DNA of 64,000 nt from Alphaproteobacteria bacterium (lineage in GTDB: Bacteria > Pseudomonadota > Alphaproteobacteria > UBA7887). The DNA lies in contig CBDCGL010000011.1 in the NCBI GenBank assembly GCA_965216755.1, positions 4,768,001-4,832,000 of the forward strand, written 5' to 3'. A program made the translations under genes and the position numbers. This document shows positions 18,029-28,626 of this stretch, piece by piece. Numbering within the stretch: the first letter of the stretch is position 1; every line of letters begins with the position of its first letter. The notes beneath the pieces are model-generated. The model made no database searches. It was not told the DNA's origin and worked only from the letters and a program-made list of their open reading frames with translations.

Positions 18029-19753
18029 TTAGAGCAGCTTTTCGAGTTCGCCCTTTTTGACCTTACCCGTGGTTGTCATCGGCAGGTCCTCGACGATGCG
18101 GATCTCCGGCACCTTATAGGTGGCCATGGCGTTTCCGCACCAAGCTGCGATCGCCTCAGCCGTCGTGGCGCGCCCGTCGTTGGCATCGAGCTTGATAAAC
18201 GCGACGGGCACTTGCCCGCGTTCCGCGTCCGGACGGCCAATGACACCGGCACCGATGACCGCCGGATGACGGCCCAGCATCGCCTCGATTTCGGCGGGAA
18301 AGACCGACATGCCTTTAACCTTCAGCATCTCTTTGCGACGACCAAGGAAATGCAGCAGCCCCATCTCACTAATCATGCCGACGTCGCCAGTGCGCAGCCA
18401 GCCATCAACAATTGCCTCGGCGGTGGCCTCGGGCCGCCGCCAATAGGCTTTTAGATTGGATGGTCCGCGCACACAGATTTCGCCCTCCGCGCCCAGCGGC
18501 AGGAGATTGTGGGTTTGGAAATCACAGATCTTGAAGGCGGTCCCCGGCACCGGTAGGCCGACAAGGATTGGCTGTAAGCCGAGGTCGAAATCATCTGATT
18601 GTAGACCGCGTGTGAAACTGTCACACGTGTGCGTCTCGGTCATACCGTAGCTCATTTCAACCATGGTCGCGCCGGTCAGCGCCCGCCATCGATCGCGATA
18701 GTCTTTGTTCAGTTTCTTGACAAAGGAGGACACACCGGTGGTCTTGATCGACGTGAGATTGAACGCGTCGACCTCGGGATGATCCATCAGCTCAACAGCG
18801 TTGTCGACTAGCATGACGGCCCGTTTGATCCGGTAGCGGGCAACCGCCGCCATGTAACCGACAGGGTCCCAACGCGCGAACAAGACACAGGTTGCCCCTG
18901 TAAAGACGGGAAACAGGACGCCCAGATCCTCACCCGCGATCCAGAACAATGGATAGAAGCAGGCGCAGACATCGCCGACCGCCAGCGGCGTATTGGTCCG
19001 GCAGGCTGTGGCGGCGGTATAGATCATGTCGCGTTGGGTGTGCACGCAGCCTTTGGGCATGCCGGTGGTGCCGCCAGTGTAATTGAGCGCAGCGACGGTG
19101 TCCAAATCGGGCTCGACCGGTCGCGGCGCCCCGGCACCGGCGATGGCGGCCAAGAAGTCATCGGCGTCCGACGCTGTCGCCGCGCGCGCCACATTGTCGG
19201 GTACCGGGAACGCCGGCTCCTCGGGAATCATGTCGGCCATCCCCGTCGCAAGAACGCGGGTGACATTGCTTTGGTCCTGGACTTTACGGACCAAGGGTAC
19301 CAACCCGTGATCTGCGATGACCAATGTAGCGTTGGTGTCGTTCAACTCGTAGAGCAGCTCGTGCTCCTTGAACATGGGATTGATCGGTACATGGATGGCG
19401 CCCGCCTTGAGGATGCCATAGAAAGCGATGATGAACTGTGGGCAGTTGCCCAAAAAGAGCGCCACCGGATCTCCTCGTCTGATCCCGGCATCTTGGAGTA
19501 TGGCGGCGCACTGATCCGACAGGCGGTCCAGTTCAGCGAAATTGATGTGCCGGCCGTAGTAGATGTAGGCTGTACGATCGGGTTCGGTTTCTGCCCAACG
19601 TTTGAGGTATGCGGTGATTGCGATTTCGCCAAACGGGTAGTGTGGGGCGCGTGGAATTTCCGCGGGCCAAATTTCTGTGTGCAATTCGTGAAGTTGGGCC
19701 AAGTAGGCATCCTCGGACATCGCGTTGTCGCGTTTGGCAGGATCATCACTCAT
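18029..19753 (-). CDS. Long-chain-fatty-acid--CoA-ligase-like AMP-binding protein
   Basis: YTGGTTGMPKG, YGMTET, WLRTGD, TGKVKK; 12 bp upstream of the carboxylase. Confidence 0.9.
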   Translation of the reverse strand: MSDDPAKRDNAMSEDAYLAQLHELHTEIWPAEIPRAPHYPFGEIAITAYLKRWAETEPDRTAYIYYGRHINFAELDRLSDQCAAILQDAGIRRGDPVALFLGNCPQFIIAFYGILKAGAIHVPINPMFKEHELLYELNDTNATLVIADHGLVPLVRKVQDQSNVTRVLATGMADMIPEEPAFPVPDNVARAATASDADDFLAAIAGAGAPRPVEPDLDTVAALNYTGGTTGMPKGCVHTQRDMIYTAATACRTNTPLAVGDVCACFYPLFWIAGEDLGVLFPVFTGATCVLFARWDPVGYMAAVARYRIKRAVMLVDNAVELMDHPEVDAFNLTSIKTTGVSSFVKKLNKDYRDRWRALTGATMVEMSYGMTETHTCDSFTRGLQSDDFDLGLQPILVGLPVPGTAFKICDFQTHNLLPLGAEGEICVRGPSNLKAYWRRPEATAEAIVDGWLRTGDVGMISEMGLLHFLGRRKEMLKVKGMSVFPAEIEAMLGRHPAVIGAGVIGRPDAERGQVPVAFIKLDANDGRATTAEAIAAWCGNAMATYKVPEIRIVEDLPMTTTGKVKKGELEKLL

Positions 19754-20033
19754 GGGTCTTGATCTCGTATGTGGAAGGGCCGCGGAAGTCTATTTTCGCG
19801 CGGAACACATGCGTAGGCCGCCGCCAGCGGGCACAGACTGACGCCAATGCAAGCACGAAATTGAACATTGGCCAAGCACCGCCTAGAGCGATGGTTTGGC
19901 ATCTGCCACACTATTCGCCGGCGGCTGACGTTGCGTGACACCGGGCCTCGCTCGGTCGCGGCGCAAGATCGAACGGATGCTCTTTCTTGTCGTGGTGATG
20001 ATTGGGATCGAGTTTGGCGGTAGATCGCGAAAA

Positions 20034-20591
20034 ATGGATGCCTTAGAGCTTGGAAAATCACGATTGATCAATCTGCTGGTCAAGCTTCCTGGCATCAACA
20101 TGGAAAGTCGATTGAGACTTTCGATTCACGATCCGGAAAAACTGTTGCGCGGAGCGGATATTGCGACGGGGCAAACGGTTCTAGAAGTTGGTTGCGGCAC
20201 AGGCTTCTTCAGCGTGTCGGCGGCAAGAAACGTGGGTGACACGGGTCACCTCATTTGTCTAGACCCCGTATCGGACTATGTCGAACGCGTTAAAGAAAAA
20301 ATGATAGTTGCAGGCTTGGGCAACGTCGAAGTCCTGAGACGAGACGCGCTGGAGACAGGCCTGGATTCCGAGAGCGTTGATACAGCCTTGCTTTACGGTG
20401 TTCTGCCTTTTCCGACTTTGCCGCTTGACCGGCTCTTGCCCGAAATGCACCGCGTGTTGAAGCCGCACGGTATGTTGGCGGTGTGGCTCTTTCCGGTTTC
20501 ATTTGGGGTGCCAAAGAAGATCCTCGCATCAGGTCTTTTCAGGGATCATGGGAACAAGAACGGCGTGTTCCGATACCTGAAGTCCATGTGA
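20034..20591 (+). CDS. Class I SAM-dependent methyltransferase
   Basis: VLEVGCGTGFF motif I; EMHRVLKPHG. Confidence 0.85.
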   Translation: MDALELGKSRLINLLVKLPGINMESRLRLSIHDPEKLLRGADIATGQTVLEVGCGTGFFSVSAARNVGDTGHLICLDPVSDYVERVKEKMIVAGLGNVEVLRRDALETGLDSESVDTALLYGVLPFPTLPLDRLLPEMHRVLKPHGMLAVWLFPVSFGVPKKILASGLFRDHGNKNGVFRYLKSM

Positions 20592-20788
20592 TCAATTGGA
20601 CTGCGATACAACGCTATAAGGTCCTTTTCGGGTCAATATTCTTCGTCCGCGCCCGCTTAAAAAGTAGGTCTGCATCCGGAGGGTAACGCGATCGAACTCA
20701 GCGGCAACATTCCGTTTGCGCCACATTTTTCTGAAGTGGCGAGCCGTGGGGGCGCGTAATCTGACAAGATCGGCTGGACCTGATGGGG

Positions 20789-21592
20789 CTAACCGGGTGA
20801 CCGCGTTGTCCGCATATCGGCGTAGACTTCGAACTTCTCGGCGTCGAAAGCAAGTGGCTGTACGACGCCGCCGGCGTCTTCTAAAACCGCCTGGACCTGA
20901 GACACGCCAAGCATGTTTTTCCAGACCCGCGACATCGTCGGGAATTCACTTGGAAGGTCGATGCCCGCCAGCAGCGCATTGCGAATCTGCGGTACAAGAA
21001 AACAATCGGCATGCGTAATCTCGTCTCCAACGGCAAATTGCCCGGCGCATTTTGCCATGATCGTCTCCAGCGCGCCGAATTCCCGGCGGATGAAATGGAG
21101 ACGCAAAGGGTGAACGGTGGGAGGGGCTTTCACCATGCCCCACTCTCCCATGGCCTGGATGATGAACGGAATATTTTGGTACGGCTGCGTGTCAGCGGCA
21201 ATGATCCACATAATGCGATGAACTTCGGCGCGCATCCAGGGATCTTCGGGAAGCATGCCCGTTCCTTCGGCGAGGCACTCTTCGATAAAGTCGACGATGG
21301 GTCCCGACTGGGTCAACTTCCGCCCATCCGGCAGCAAGAGAACCGGGATTCGCCCTTCCGGATTAAAGGCCGTCAAATCCGTCGTGCCGATTCTTATGGT
21401 CTCGGGATCGCCCTCGGGCATGGTGAAGACGAGGATTCCACGATGATCTGTCTTGAGACCCGTGCTCACGAATTCTACCAGTGAGGACGGCACGCCGCCG
21501 CAACGCAGATAAAGCGACACCCGCATCGAGGCACTGCTGGCCGGATGGTAGAACAAACGGAATGGTCCGAGTTGCGTAGATTTTTCGGTCAT
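20789..21592 (-). CDS. Zeta-class GST / maleylacetoacetate-isomerase-like protein
   Basis: SSAS.RV, NPEGRIPVL, LTQS..I..FIEE, IAADTQPYQN, F.VGDEIT.AD.FLVPQI.NA. Confidence 0.8.
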   Translation of the reverse strand: MTEKSTQLGPFRLFYHPASSASMRVSLYLRCGGVPSSLVEFVSTGLKTDHRGILVFTMPEGDPETIRIGTTDLTAFNPEGRIPVLLLPDGRKLTQSGPIVDFIEECLAEGTGMLPEDPWMRAEVHRIMWIIAADTQPYQNIPFIIQAMGEWGMVKAPPTVHPLRLHFIRREFGALETIMAKCAGQFAVGDEITHADCFLVPQIRNALLAGIDLPSEFPTMSRVWKNMLGVSQVQAVLEDAGGVVQPLAFDAEKFEVYADMRTTRSPG

Positions 21593-21664
21593 CACGTCAC
21601 ATCTCTCCATCAAACGTGATTTGTGAAATTCCGTTCCAGCACACGAAATTAACGATACGAAACT

Positions 21665-21684
21665 AACTGTTGTCGATTACAGTT
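21665..21684. promoter_or_regulatory. Palindromic operator candidate AACTGT-N8-ACAGTT
   Basis: Perfect 6-bp inverted repeat in an AT-rich stretch about 70 bp upstream of the GST gene. Confidence 0.3.
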
Positions 21685-22011
21685 TCTGAAACTGGCGAGG
21701 AACGGATCTTGCTGTGATACACGATGTCAACTCCGAATCAATCTTACTCTTGAGCACCGACCTCGGTTTCTGACGGGACCATCACCAAAGCAGCCCGTCG
21801 CGCATGCCGCCGCTCAGCCTAACTCGGTGCCCAAATCAGGCCGCGGAGGCGCAACCATCACCCACGCGTGTGCAACACGGATCCCGGTCATTGGCGATGC
21901 TAACATGGCTCTCACTACCGCTTGTGCCCAACACCCAACTCGGATGAGCTGATATTGCCTGTCGCGTCAGAGGCGCTGTGATCAGTTGAAACCGAGCGAC
22001 GAGGCTCCGCC

Positions 22012-22452
22012 TCATCCATCCGGGATGTCGAAAAAACCCGCCGGTGGCCAAGATTCGAAGGTGGGGACGTCGCTCTGCCAGCCACCGTAGTCAGCGGTCT
22101 CGCCTGTGAAGATTCGAACGCCCAATCGCACGCCACTGGGTCGGTCTAGGCTACCGCCGGCGATAGACAAGCGTTCCCCCCCGTCACGGCGGAAGAAGAG
22201 GCTAGACCCGCACTTACTGCAGAAGCCCCGACACGCCTTTTCGGAACTCCGATACCAGGCGAGCGCCCCCGCACTGTCATGGATCTCGACGTCAGTGAGC
22301 TTGGCCGCAGTGCCATGCCAAAGCCCACCGCTCACCCGTCGGCAACTCTCGCAGTGGCACTCGATAACATGCCGTATGGGTCCGTGGATGTCGTAAGCCA
22401 CGGCACCGCAATGACAGCGGCCGCTGGCCGTGAGTTCACTTTTCTCATTCAT
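22012..22452 (-). CDS. GFA family protein
   Basis: GRCHCGAV, CHCESCRR, RGFCSKCGSSLF. Confidence 0.85.
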   Translation of the reverse strand: MNEKSELTASGRCHCGAVAYDIHGPIRHVIECHCESCRRVSGGLWHGTAAKLTDVEIHDSAGALAWYRSSEKACRGFCSKCGSSLFFRRDGGERLSIAGGSLDRPSGVRLGVRIFTGETADYGGWQSDVPTFESWPPAGFFDIPDG

Positions 22453-22812
22453 TTCCAATGTTCCGTCTCCAATGTCCCGTCGGTTAAGCATCGGAGGAGA
22501 ACAACTTAGCATCTCGGTAAGGGATCGGCGCACTTTCTGTTGAAAAGGCATTCACTTTCGCAAAGCGCGAACGAATTGAATGGGCCATTACCCCCGTTTC
22601 GCGAACGCGACGAAGTCGCCTGCTGTGTTGGTATAAACTGCCGCCTCGGGGGCTTAGGTTAGAAATTGAGAATGCCCCGGTCTTCAAAGAAGCCCGCGGA
22701 TCAGCCGTGTTCACGGCCAAACTTGGGAACAGCTTAGAGAATGGGCTCATGTTTCCACGGTCCCGGGTTACGGATATACCTTTGGCTGGAGACAGCATCT
22801 ATTGGGTGAGTC

Positions 22813-23991
22813 ATGGGCGAAGCGGTCGCATATGGTGAAGGAACTCTTGAGCGTGGAATCCGATCACGGTTTGTCGATGGGGTTAACGGGCTGACAATTC
22901 ACCTGCTCGAGGCGGGTTACGAGAGCCAAGGTCGGCCCGCCGTTCTTCTTCTGCACGGTTTTCCGGAGCTCGCTTACAGCTGGCGGAAGGTGATGCTGCC
23001 TATCGCAGAGGCCGGCTACCATGTCATCGCGCCCGACCAGCGCGGTTACGGTCGGACCACGGGCTGGGAAGCGACCTACGACGGCGACCTGACACCCTTC
23101 TACCTGTTGAATTACGTCAAGGACGCGTTGGCGCTGGTCAACGCGCTCGGCTACCGGTCGGTGGACGCAGTATTCGGTCATGATTTCGGCTCGCCGGTTG
23201 CGGCCTATTGTGCGCTTGTCCGACCGGATGTCTTTCGCGCGGTTGCCTTGATGAGCGCGCCTTTCGGCGGTCCTCCGTCGCTTCCTTTCAATACCGTGGA
23301 TTGTGTGCCCGTGTCTTCCGGCGTCCCGATGCAGCTGCACGCGGCCCTTTCGTCCGAAGCGCTGCACGCAGATCTGGCTGCGCTTGCGCGGCCGCGCAAG
23401 CACTATCACTGGTACTTCTCGACCCCTGAAGCCAACGCAGACATGATGAACTGCCCACAGGGTATCCCTGATTTTCTGCGCGCCTACTACCACTTCAAGA
23501 GTGCGGACTGGAAAAGGAACGAACCTCACAAGCTTGCGTCCTGGACCGCCACTGAGCTGGAAAGGATGCCGACCTACTACATCATGGATCTGGACCAAGA
23601 CATGGCGCAGACGGTTGCACCCGAAATGTCGGCGGGCGACGACATCGCAAATTGCGCTTGGTTACCCGACCAAGAGCTTGCGGTATATGCAAGTGAATAT
23701 GAACGCAATGGATTCCAAGGTGGACTGCAATCCTATCGCTGCAACACAAGCAAGGCTCACGCGACAACATTGCAGCTTTTTTCTGGCCGCACGATTGATG
23801 TGCCATCATGCTTTATCGTCGGCAAGAGCGACTGGGGCACGTACCAAAAGCCGGGCGATTTCGAACGCATGCAAGACCAAATCTGCGGTCTTTTTCAGGG
23901 TGCTCACCTGGTGGAGGGAGCCGGCCATTGGGTGCAGCAGGAACAGCCCCAACAAACCCATAGGATCTTGCTTGACTTCCTCAACCATTAG
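22813..23991 (+). CDS. Alpha/beta hydrolase, epoxide-hydrolase-like
   Basis: LLHGFPE, APDQRGYG, GHDFGS nucleophile Asp, GAGHWVQQEQP. Confidence 0.88.
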   Translation: MGEAVAYGEGTLERGIRSRFVDGVNGLTIHLLEAGYESQGRPAVLLLHGFPELAYSWRKVMLPIAEAGYHVIAPDQRGYGRTTGWEATYDGDLTPFYLLNYVKDALALVNALGYRSVDAVFGHDFGSPVAAYCALVRPDVFRAVALMSAPFGGPPSLPFNTVDCVPVSSGVPMQLHAALSSEALHADLAALARPRKHYHWYFSTPEANADMMNCPQGIPDFLRAYYHFKSADWKRNEPHKLASWTATELERMPTYYIMDLDQDMAQTVAPEMSAGDDIANCAWLPDQELAVYASEYERNGFQGGLQSYRCNTSKAHATTLQLFSGRTIDVPSCFIVGKSDWGTYQKPGDFERMQDQICGLFQGAHLVEGAGHWVQQEQPQQTHRILLDFLNH

Positions 23992-24086
23992 CGGTGCCAT
24001 AAGATGTCTGGGCGCGGCATTCGATTGTGTCGCTTCTCTGAAATCAAGAGTGTTTACCCCAGGCGATGGCCAATTGCCGTGCTCTC

Positions 24087-24962
24087 TCAAGCCACACCCA
24101 GAGCTTTGGCGCGCTCGTAGGTGCGCTTGGCCGACAAGTAGCCTGGCATCTCGACAAGGTCGCCATCGACCAATGCACGCGGCATGCCGCGTGCGCGGGC
24201 AGCCTCAAAAGCCTCGATGACGCGTTTGGCCAACGCAACCGCTTCCGGGCTCGGGGTCAGCACCGTGTTGATCGCCGCAACGTGATCCGCCTGCACGGCG
24301 CTTTTCGCCGTATACCCTAAGCGGCGGCCGCTTTCGGCGTCGGCGATCGCGCCTTCGACATCATCCCACGTGTACGGCCGGTCGATCGGCAGTACGCCGG
24401 CCGCGCGGCATTCGACCAGGAAGCGTTGACGCGCGTAATCAAGCTCGATGCCATCCCGACCCCGTTCAGCGCCCAAATCCTTCGCCAAATCCTCGGCAGC
24501 CAATAGCGCTGCCTGAATTCGAGGGCTGGCGGCGACGATTTCGGCCGTACGCACCAATCCGGTCGCGGTTTCGATATTAGGCACCAGCCGTGTGGCGCCG
24601 ACCTTGATGCCATGGCTGACTTCGTGTGCGGCGATCGCGGCGTCGAGTGCCACCATTTCGTCGCGGGCGGCGACCATAGGCAAAAGAACAATCTCAGGTG
24701 CGCCAACCATCGCGGCAGCAAGATCGTGATGTCCGTCGGCGTCGAGCCGGTTGACGCGAACTGCGCTGACGCAGCCGGCTTGTTTCCATGCGGCATAGAC
24801 CTCGGGCGCCAGTGCGCGCGCCATTGGCCGCCGCTCAGGCGTTGTGAAATCCTCAAGTTCCTGAATTAGGACGTCGGCGCCGCTTCGCGGCCCAGCCAGC
24901 AAGATATCCTTGTCGGCGCCGGGCAAGGCAAGCCAAGTCCGGCAAAGGTCGATCTCTCTCAT
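24087..24962 (-). CDS. CitE/malyl-CoA-lyase-like CoA ester lyase
   Basis: SGADVLIQELED, VRVN, IETATG, AEDLAKDLG, LGYTAK.A, DGDLVEMP. Confidence 0.85.
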   Translation of the reverse strand: MREIDLCRTWLALPGADKDILLAGPRSGADVLIQELEDFTTPERRPMARALAPEVYAAWKQAGCVSAVRVNRLDADGHHDLAAAMVGAPEIVLLPMVAARDEMVALDAAIAAHEVSHGIKVGATRLVPNIETATGLVRTAEIVAASPRIQAALLAAEDLAKDLGAERGRDGIELDYARQRFLVECRAAGVLPIDRPYTWDDVEGAIADAESGRRLGYTAKSAVQADHVAAINTVLTPSPEAVALAKRVIEAFEAARARGMPRALVDGDLVEMPGYLSAKRTYERAKALGVA

Positions 24963-25389
24963 CGGCGGCGCTCCGTGGTGCTGGACGAGAAGTAGGCATC
25001 AAGAGCGCCATGATAACCGGTCAGCGTGGCGCCAAACATGCTGGCAATGCAGCTTTTCAATGACATGCGTCTGTCCACTTGTTTTGCAGGACGAAGAAGC
25101 GCGATTGATACGGCGAATGATTTGGGCGCGAGACCGCGCTCCTAACCCCGAAAGTTGACAAGAGCGCGTGCCGAAAATGCTCGCAGGTCCCATGGCGCGG
25201 TTTTCCGTGCGCCAGGGCAACTCTCGCGGCATGCGTACCGATGGCAGAGGTCGGGTGTTTAGGGATTTGCGATCTCACGCATTCCATCGCCACGATTCCC
25301 ATTATCGACATGCAAGGCGTCGACGCCTGGCAAATAGACAAGGTCAACTTCGTTGCAGAGTACAATCAATGGATGGAGTCCCCCGCATT

Positions 25390-25764
25390 CGTGGACAGTT
25401 ACGGGCTTGCCGATTCAGGGCAATGCCATCGCGGGTGTGCCCGGGGAAGGGCGCGTGTCGATTGACCAGCGTGTCATCCAACGCCAGTTCGCTGATGGTA
25501 CGCCCCATCAGCTCAGCGAACCCATCTGCGCGTTCGTCGACATGGCGCACGGACCGATTGGCGAGAACACACTCTTGTCACCGCGCGTGGCGCTCGTCGT
25601 TTAGGGTTTGCGGCTGCTCGAGGCGGTGAGCGGGGCTGGCATTCTGGCTGGTGCCGACCCTGACGATGCGGACCACGACGGGGTCTCAGGCCGCGCGCGC
25701 GGCTGTTGTCGCCATGGCGATGGAGGATCGCGCGGCGTTGCTCGCTTTCCTGCGCTCACTGTGA
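25390..25764 (+). pseudogene. Relic of a di-heme oxidoreductase (DHOR / thiol oxidoreductase) gene
   Basis: Fragments in different frames: AIAGVPGEGRVSI, HGPIGENTLLSPRVA, GLLEA, ILAGADPDDADHDGVSGRA, DRAALLAFLRSL*; large internal deletions. Confidence 0.55.
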
Positions 25765-25777
25765 GGGTCGCGCGGAA

Positions 25778-25800
25778 TTAGATCAATCTTCGTTCAAACG
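25778..25800. repeat. Fragment of the dispersed palindromic repeat
   Basis: TTAGATCAATCTTCGTTCAAACG is approximately the reverse complement of the right end of the 57848-57954 element. Confidence 0.55.
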
Positions 25801-25819
25801 GCTGCGCGGGTAGAAACAG

Positions 25820-26977
25820 TCACTTCAGCGATTTTGGCCGTGCGATGCTTGGACTTTGGTCTTGGGCCCAATCGAGAATGAGGCGTTTGTAGATCTCCAC
25901 TGCTTTTGGGATACGATCGGCCAAGCAAAATTCGTCGGTTTGGTGTGCCATATGCGTATCACCGGGCCCGAGGATTACGGTTGGCACGTTGTCGAATGCG
26001 GGTTTTAGCACCGCCGCATCAGTAAAGGCCGGAAGCGCTTCAACCTCAGGCGGCCTATCGAGAAACGGCGCGGCGATGCTGAACACACGCTGTATCCATG
26101 GATGTTCCGGGTCGGTCCAAACACTGTTCAAATCGACGTAGGGTTCAATACGGGCAATATCTTCACCCAGATATTGCACGAAGTCGTCTCGGACCGCCTC
26201 ATGATCAACGCCGGGTATTGTGCGAACGTCGACTTCGATCACGGCCCGGTCTGGCACCGAATTGACATTCTGGCCAGCGTGCAAGGTTCCCACGCTGACA
26301 GAATTTGAGCCGAGGTGAGGGTGGCTCGCGATATTGAAATCGAAATCTTCAAGCTTACTGACTGCGCGGGCCGCCTTATTGAGTGCGTTGATGCCCAGCT
26401 CAGGCATCGAGCCGTGTGCAGTTTTGCCGAGCGCCGCCATGCGCAACCAAAGCGCGCCACGGTGTCCCACCATGGGCCGATTGTAGGTCGGCTCCGCAAC
26501 GACCATTGCACCAACGTTGACTTCTTTTGCGAGCTGGGATCCCAGGGGACGTGAGCCCTCGCATCCCGTTTCTTCGCCCGCCGCCATAATGAGGAGCAGT
26601 CCGGGGCCTTCGTCTAACGTTGCGGCTAGCTCCACCGCCGCGGTTACAAAGCTCGCGATACCGGATTTCATATCGGTTACACCGCGTCCGTAGAGTTTGC
26701 CGTCGATGAGTTCGCCGCCAAACGGATCCACCGACCAGGGCGCGCCGCCCAGCGGTACCGTGTCAATGTGACCCGCAAAGCAGAGGTGCGTTTCTTCCCC
26801 CGTCCCGCCGCGCCGCGCAACAACGCTGGTGCGCGCGGGCGCAAAGGCATGATAGCTCACCGCGAAGCCGGCATTTGCGAGCAGCTCGCCGAGGAACAAT
26901 GCGCAGTCGTGTTCGTCCCCACCTGGATTTATACTTCTTATCGCAACCAGCCGTCTGGTGAGCTCAATGGCATCCAT
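25820..26977 (-). CDS. M20 family metallopeptidase (ArgE/DapE-like)
   Basis: FAGHIDTVP, LYGRGVTDMKSG, AGEETG, VAEPT, AHGSMPELG, AHQTDE. Confidence 0.9.
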   Translation of the reverse strand: MDAIELTRRLVAIRSINPGGDEHDCALFLGELLANAGFAVSYHAFAPARTSVVARRGGTGEETHLCFAGHIDTVPLGGAPWSVDPFGGELIDGKLYGRGVTDMKSGIASFVTAAVELAATLDEGPGLLLIMAAGEETGCEGSRPLGSQLAKEVNVGAMVVAEPTYNRPMVGHRGALWLRMAALGKTAHGSMPELGINALNKAARAVSKLEDFDFNIASHPHLGSNSVSVGTLHAGQNVNSVPDRAVIEVDVRTIPGVDHEAVRDDFVQYLGEDIARIEPYVDLNSVWTDPEHPWIQRVFSIAAPFLDRPPEVEALPAFTDAAVLKPAFDNVPTVILGPGDTHMAHQTDEFCLADRIPKAVEIYKRLILDWAQDQSPSIARPKSLK

Positions 26978-27177
26978 CGTGACAAGACCCTTGCACAAGA
27001 GAACACGCCCCAAGACGAGCTCCCGCGAGAACTCGATGATGCAGAAGAGCGCGCCTGAAGATAGTAGCGAATTCGCAAACTGGGAGGAGATAAATGTCAC
27101 AGACTATATCGGCCGGCCCCAATACATCACCGAGGGCAGATCACCGGTAACTTCCGCCGCTCATATCATTCCTTGCG

Positions 27178-28400
27178 ATGGTCGCAGTTCTATTGACATT
27201 TGCAGCTGGGCGACCATCCTCAGCGGTTGCAGTTGATTGGATTTCGGCTTGGTCGGCGAACCCGCATCCGCGTTTCGATTCGGATTTCCTCATTCCGAAT
27301 CCTCCTGAATCGCTTGCCAACCGAACCATACGTCAGGTTATTCGCATCAATCTGGATGGCGCGCAGGTTCGAATCGTGATTTCGAATGAATACAACAGCC
27401 TGCCGCTCGATATTGGCGCGGCGACGATTGCGACTGCGGCGGATGAAGGCGATATCGTGCCCGGATCAAGTCAAGCATTATCTTTTTCTGGTGTGCCGGA
27501 GGTTCGTATTCCGCCAGGTTCGCGGATCATCAGCGATCCAGTCGCACGCAACGTTGCGGCTTTCGACATGCTCTCCATAAGCTTTTTCTGCCGAATGAGT
27601 CGCGCCTAGAAACCTATCACTGGGATGGCGTTCAAACCGCCTACATATCAGGGCCGGGTAACTTCACCGCTGAAACAACGTTTAACGCCGAGCTTACAAT
27701 TACGACTCGGATGCTGATGTCCGGCGTCATGGTTGACGCGCCGACCGACGCCCGAGTGGTGGTGTTATTCGGAGATTCGATTACCGATGGCAATTGTTCA
27801 ACGGTTGACGCGAACCATCGTTATCCTGACTTCCTAGCAGAACGAATCCCCAGCGAAGGCTTCGAGAATGTAGCGGTTGTAAATGCCGGTATCTCTAGGG
27901 CGCGTCTATTCAAGGACAGTGTGGGGGAAAGCGCCCTTGCGCGGCTTGACCGGGAAGTGTTTACGGAACCGGCCGTCACCACGATGGTCATCATGTTGGG
28001 TATTAACGATATTGGTTGGTCGGCTATGGGACTAGACCCTTGGAATCCGGTTCCGACAAGCGACGAGATCACGCGGATGTACGAGATGATCATCGACCGG
28101 GCGCATGTGCAAGGTATTCGGATATTGGGGGCAACTCTGATGCCGTTTGCGGACTTCTTCGAGGGCACGGTCCCCGTCCTGGTTGGGTACTACAGCGAAG
28201 AAAAAAGCCAGATCCGCAAACAGGTCAATGAATGGATCCGTACCAGCGGCGCCTTCGACGGTGTGATCGATTTCGACGCTGCGGTGCGCGACCCGAACAA
28301 GCCAGACCACATTCGCGCGGACTATGATTGTGGCGATCATTTGCATCCTAGCGATGCTGGCTATCAGGCAATGGCGGAGGCGGCAAATTTGACTTTTTGA
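27178..28400 (+). pseudogene. Secreted SGNH/GDSL hydrolase, frameshifted
   Basis: N-terminal ORF 27178-27609 and C-terminal ORF (FGDSITDG, NAGIS, GIND, DHLHP) join through FLPNESRLETYHWDGVQTAYISGPG after a shift near the T5 run at 27583-27587. Confidence 0.75.
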
Positions 28401-28626
28401 TCGGCAACTGACTTTCGACGCCGGCGGGCGGGCGGCAATGCCGATCGTCCACTGTTGCGGTCTTAACGCAGCCGGGAGTGCACGGTTCTAGCCCGACGAT
28501 GGGCGACCCTGTTCCGTTACTTCTGGGAGTGTTTGTGGTCTGGGACTCGGCAGCGATCTGAATGCGCCGTCACGCCTGCGACGGGCAAGGCCACGTTCTG
28601 CCCGTGTTCTTCTAGGATCTAGCCGC

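Noticed and set aside
21667-21682. E. coli-type SOS box CTGT-N8-ACAG
   Set aside because: The host looks alphaproteobacterial, where LexA uses a different box; kept only as a generic palindrome.
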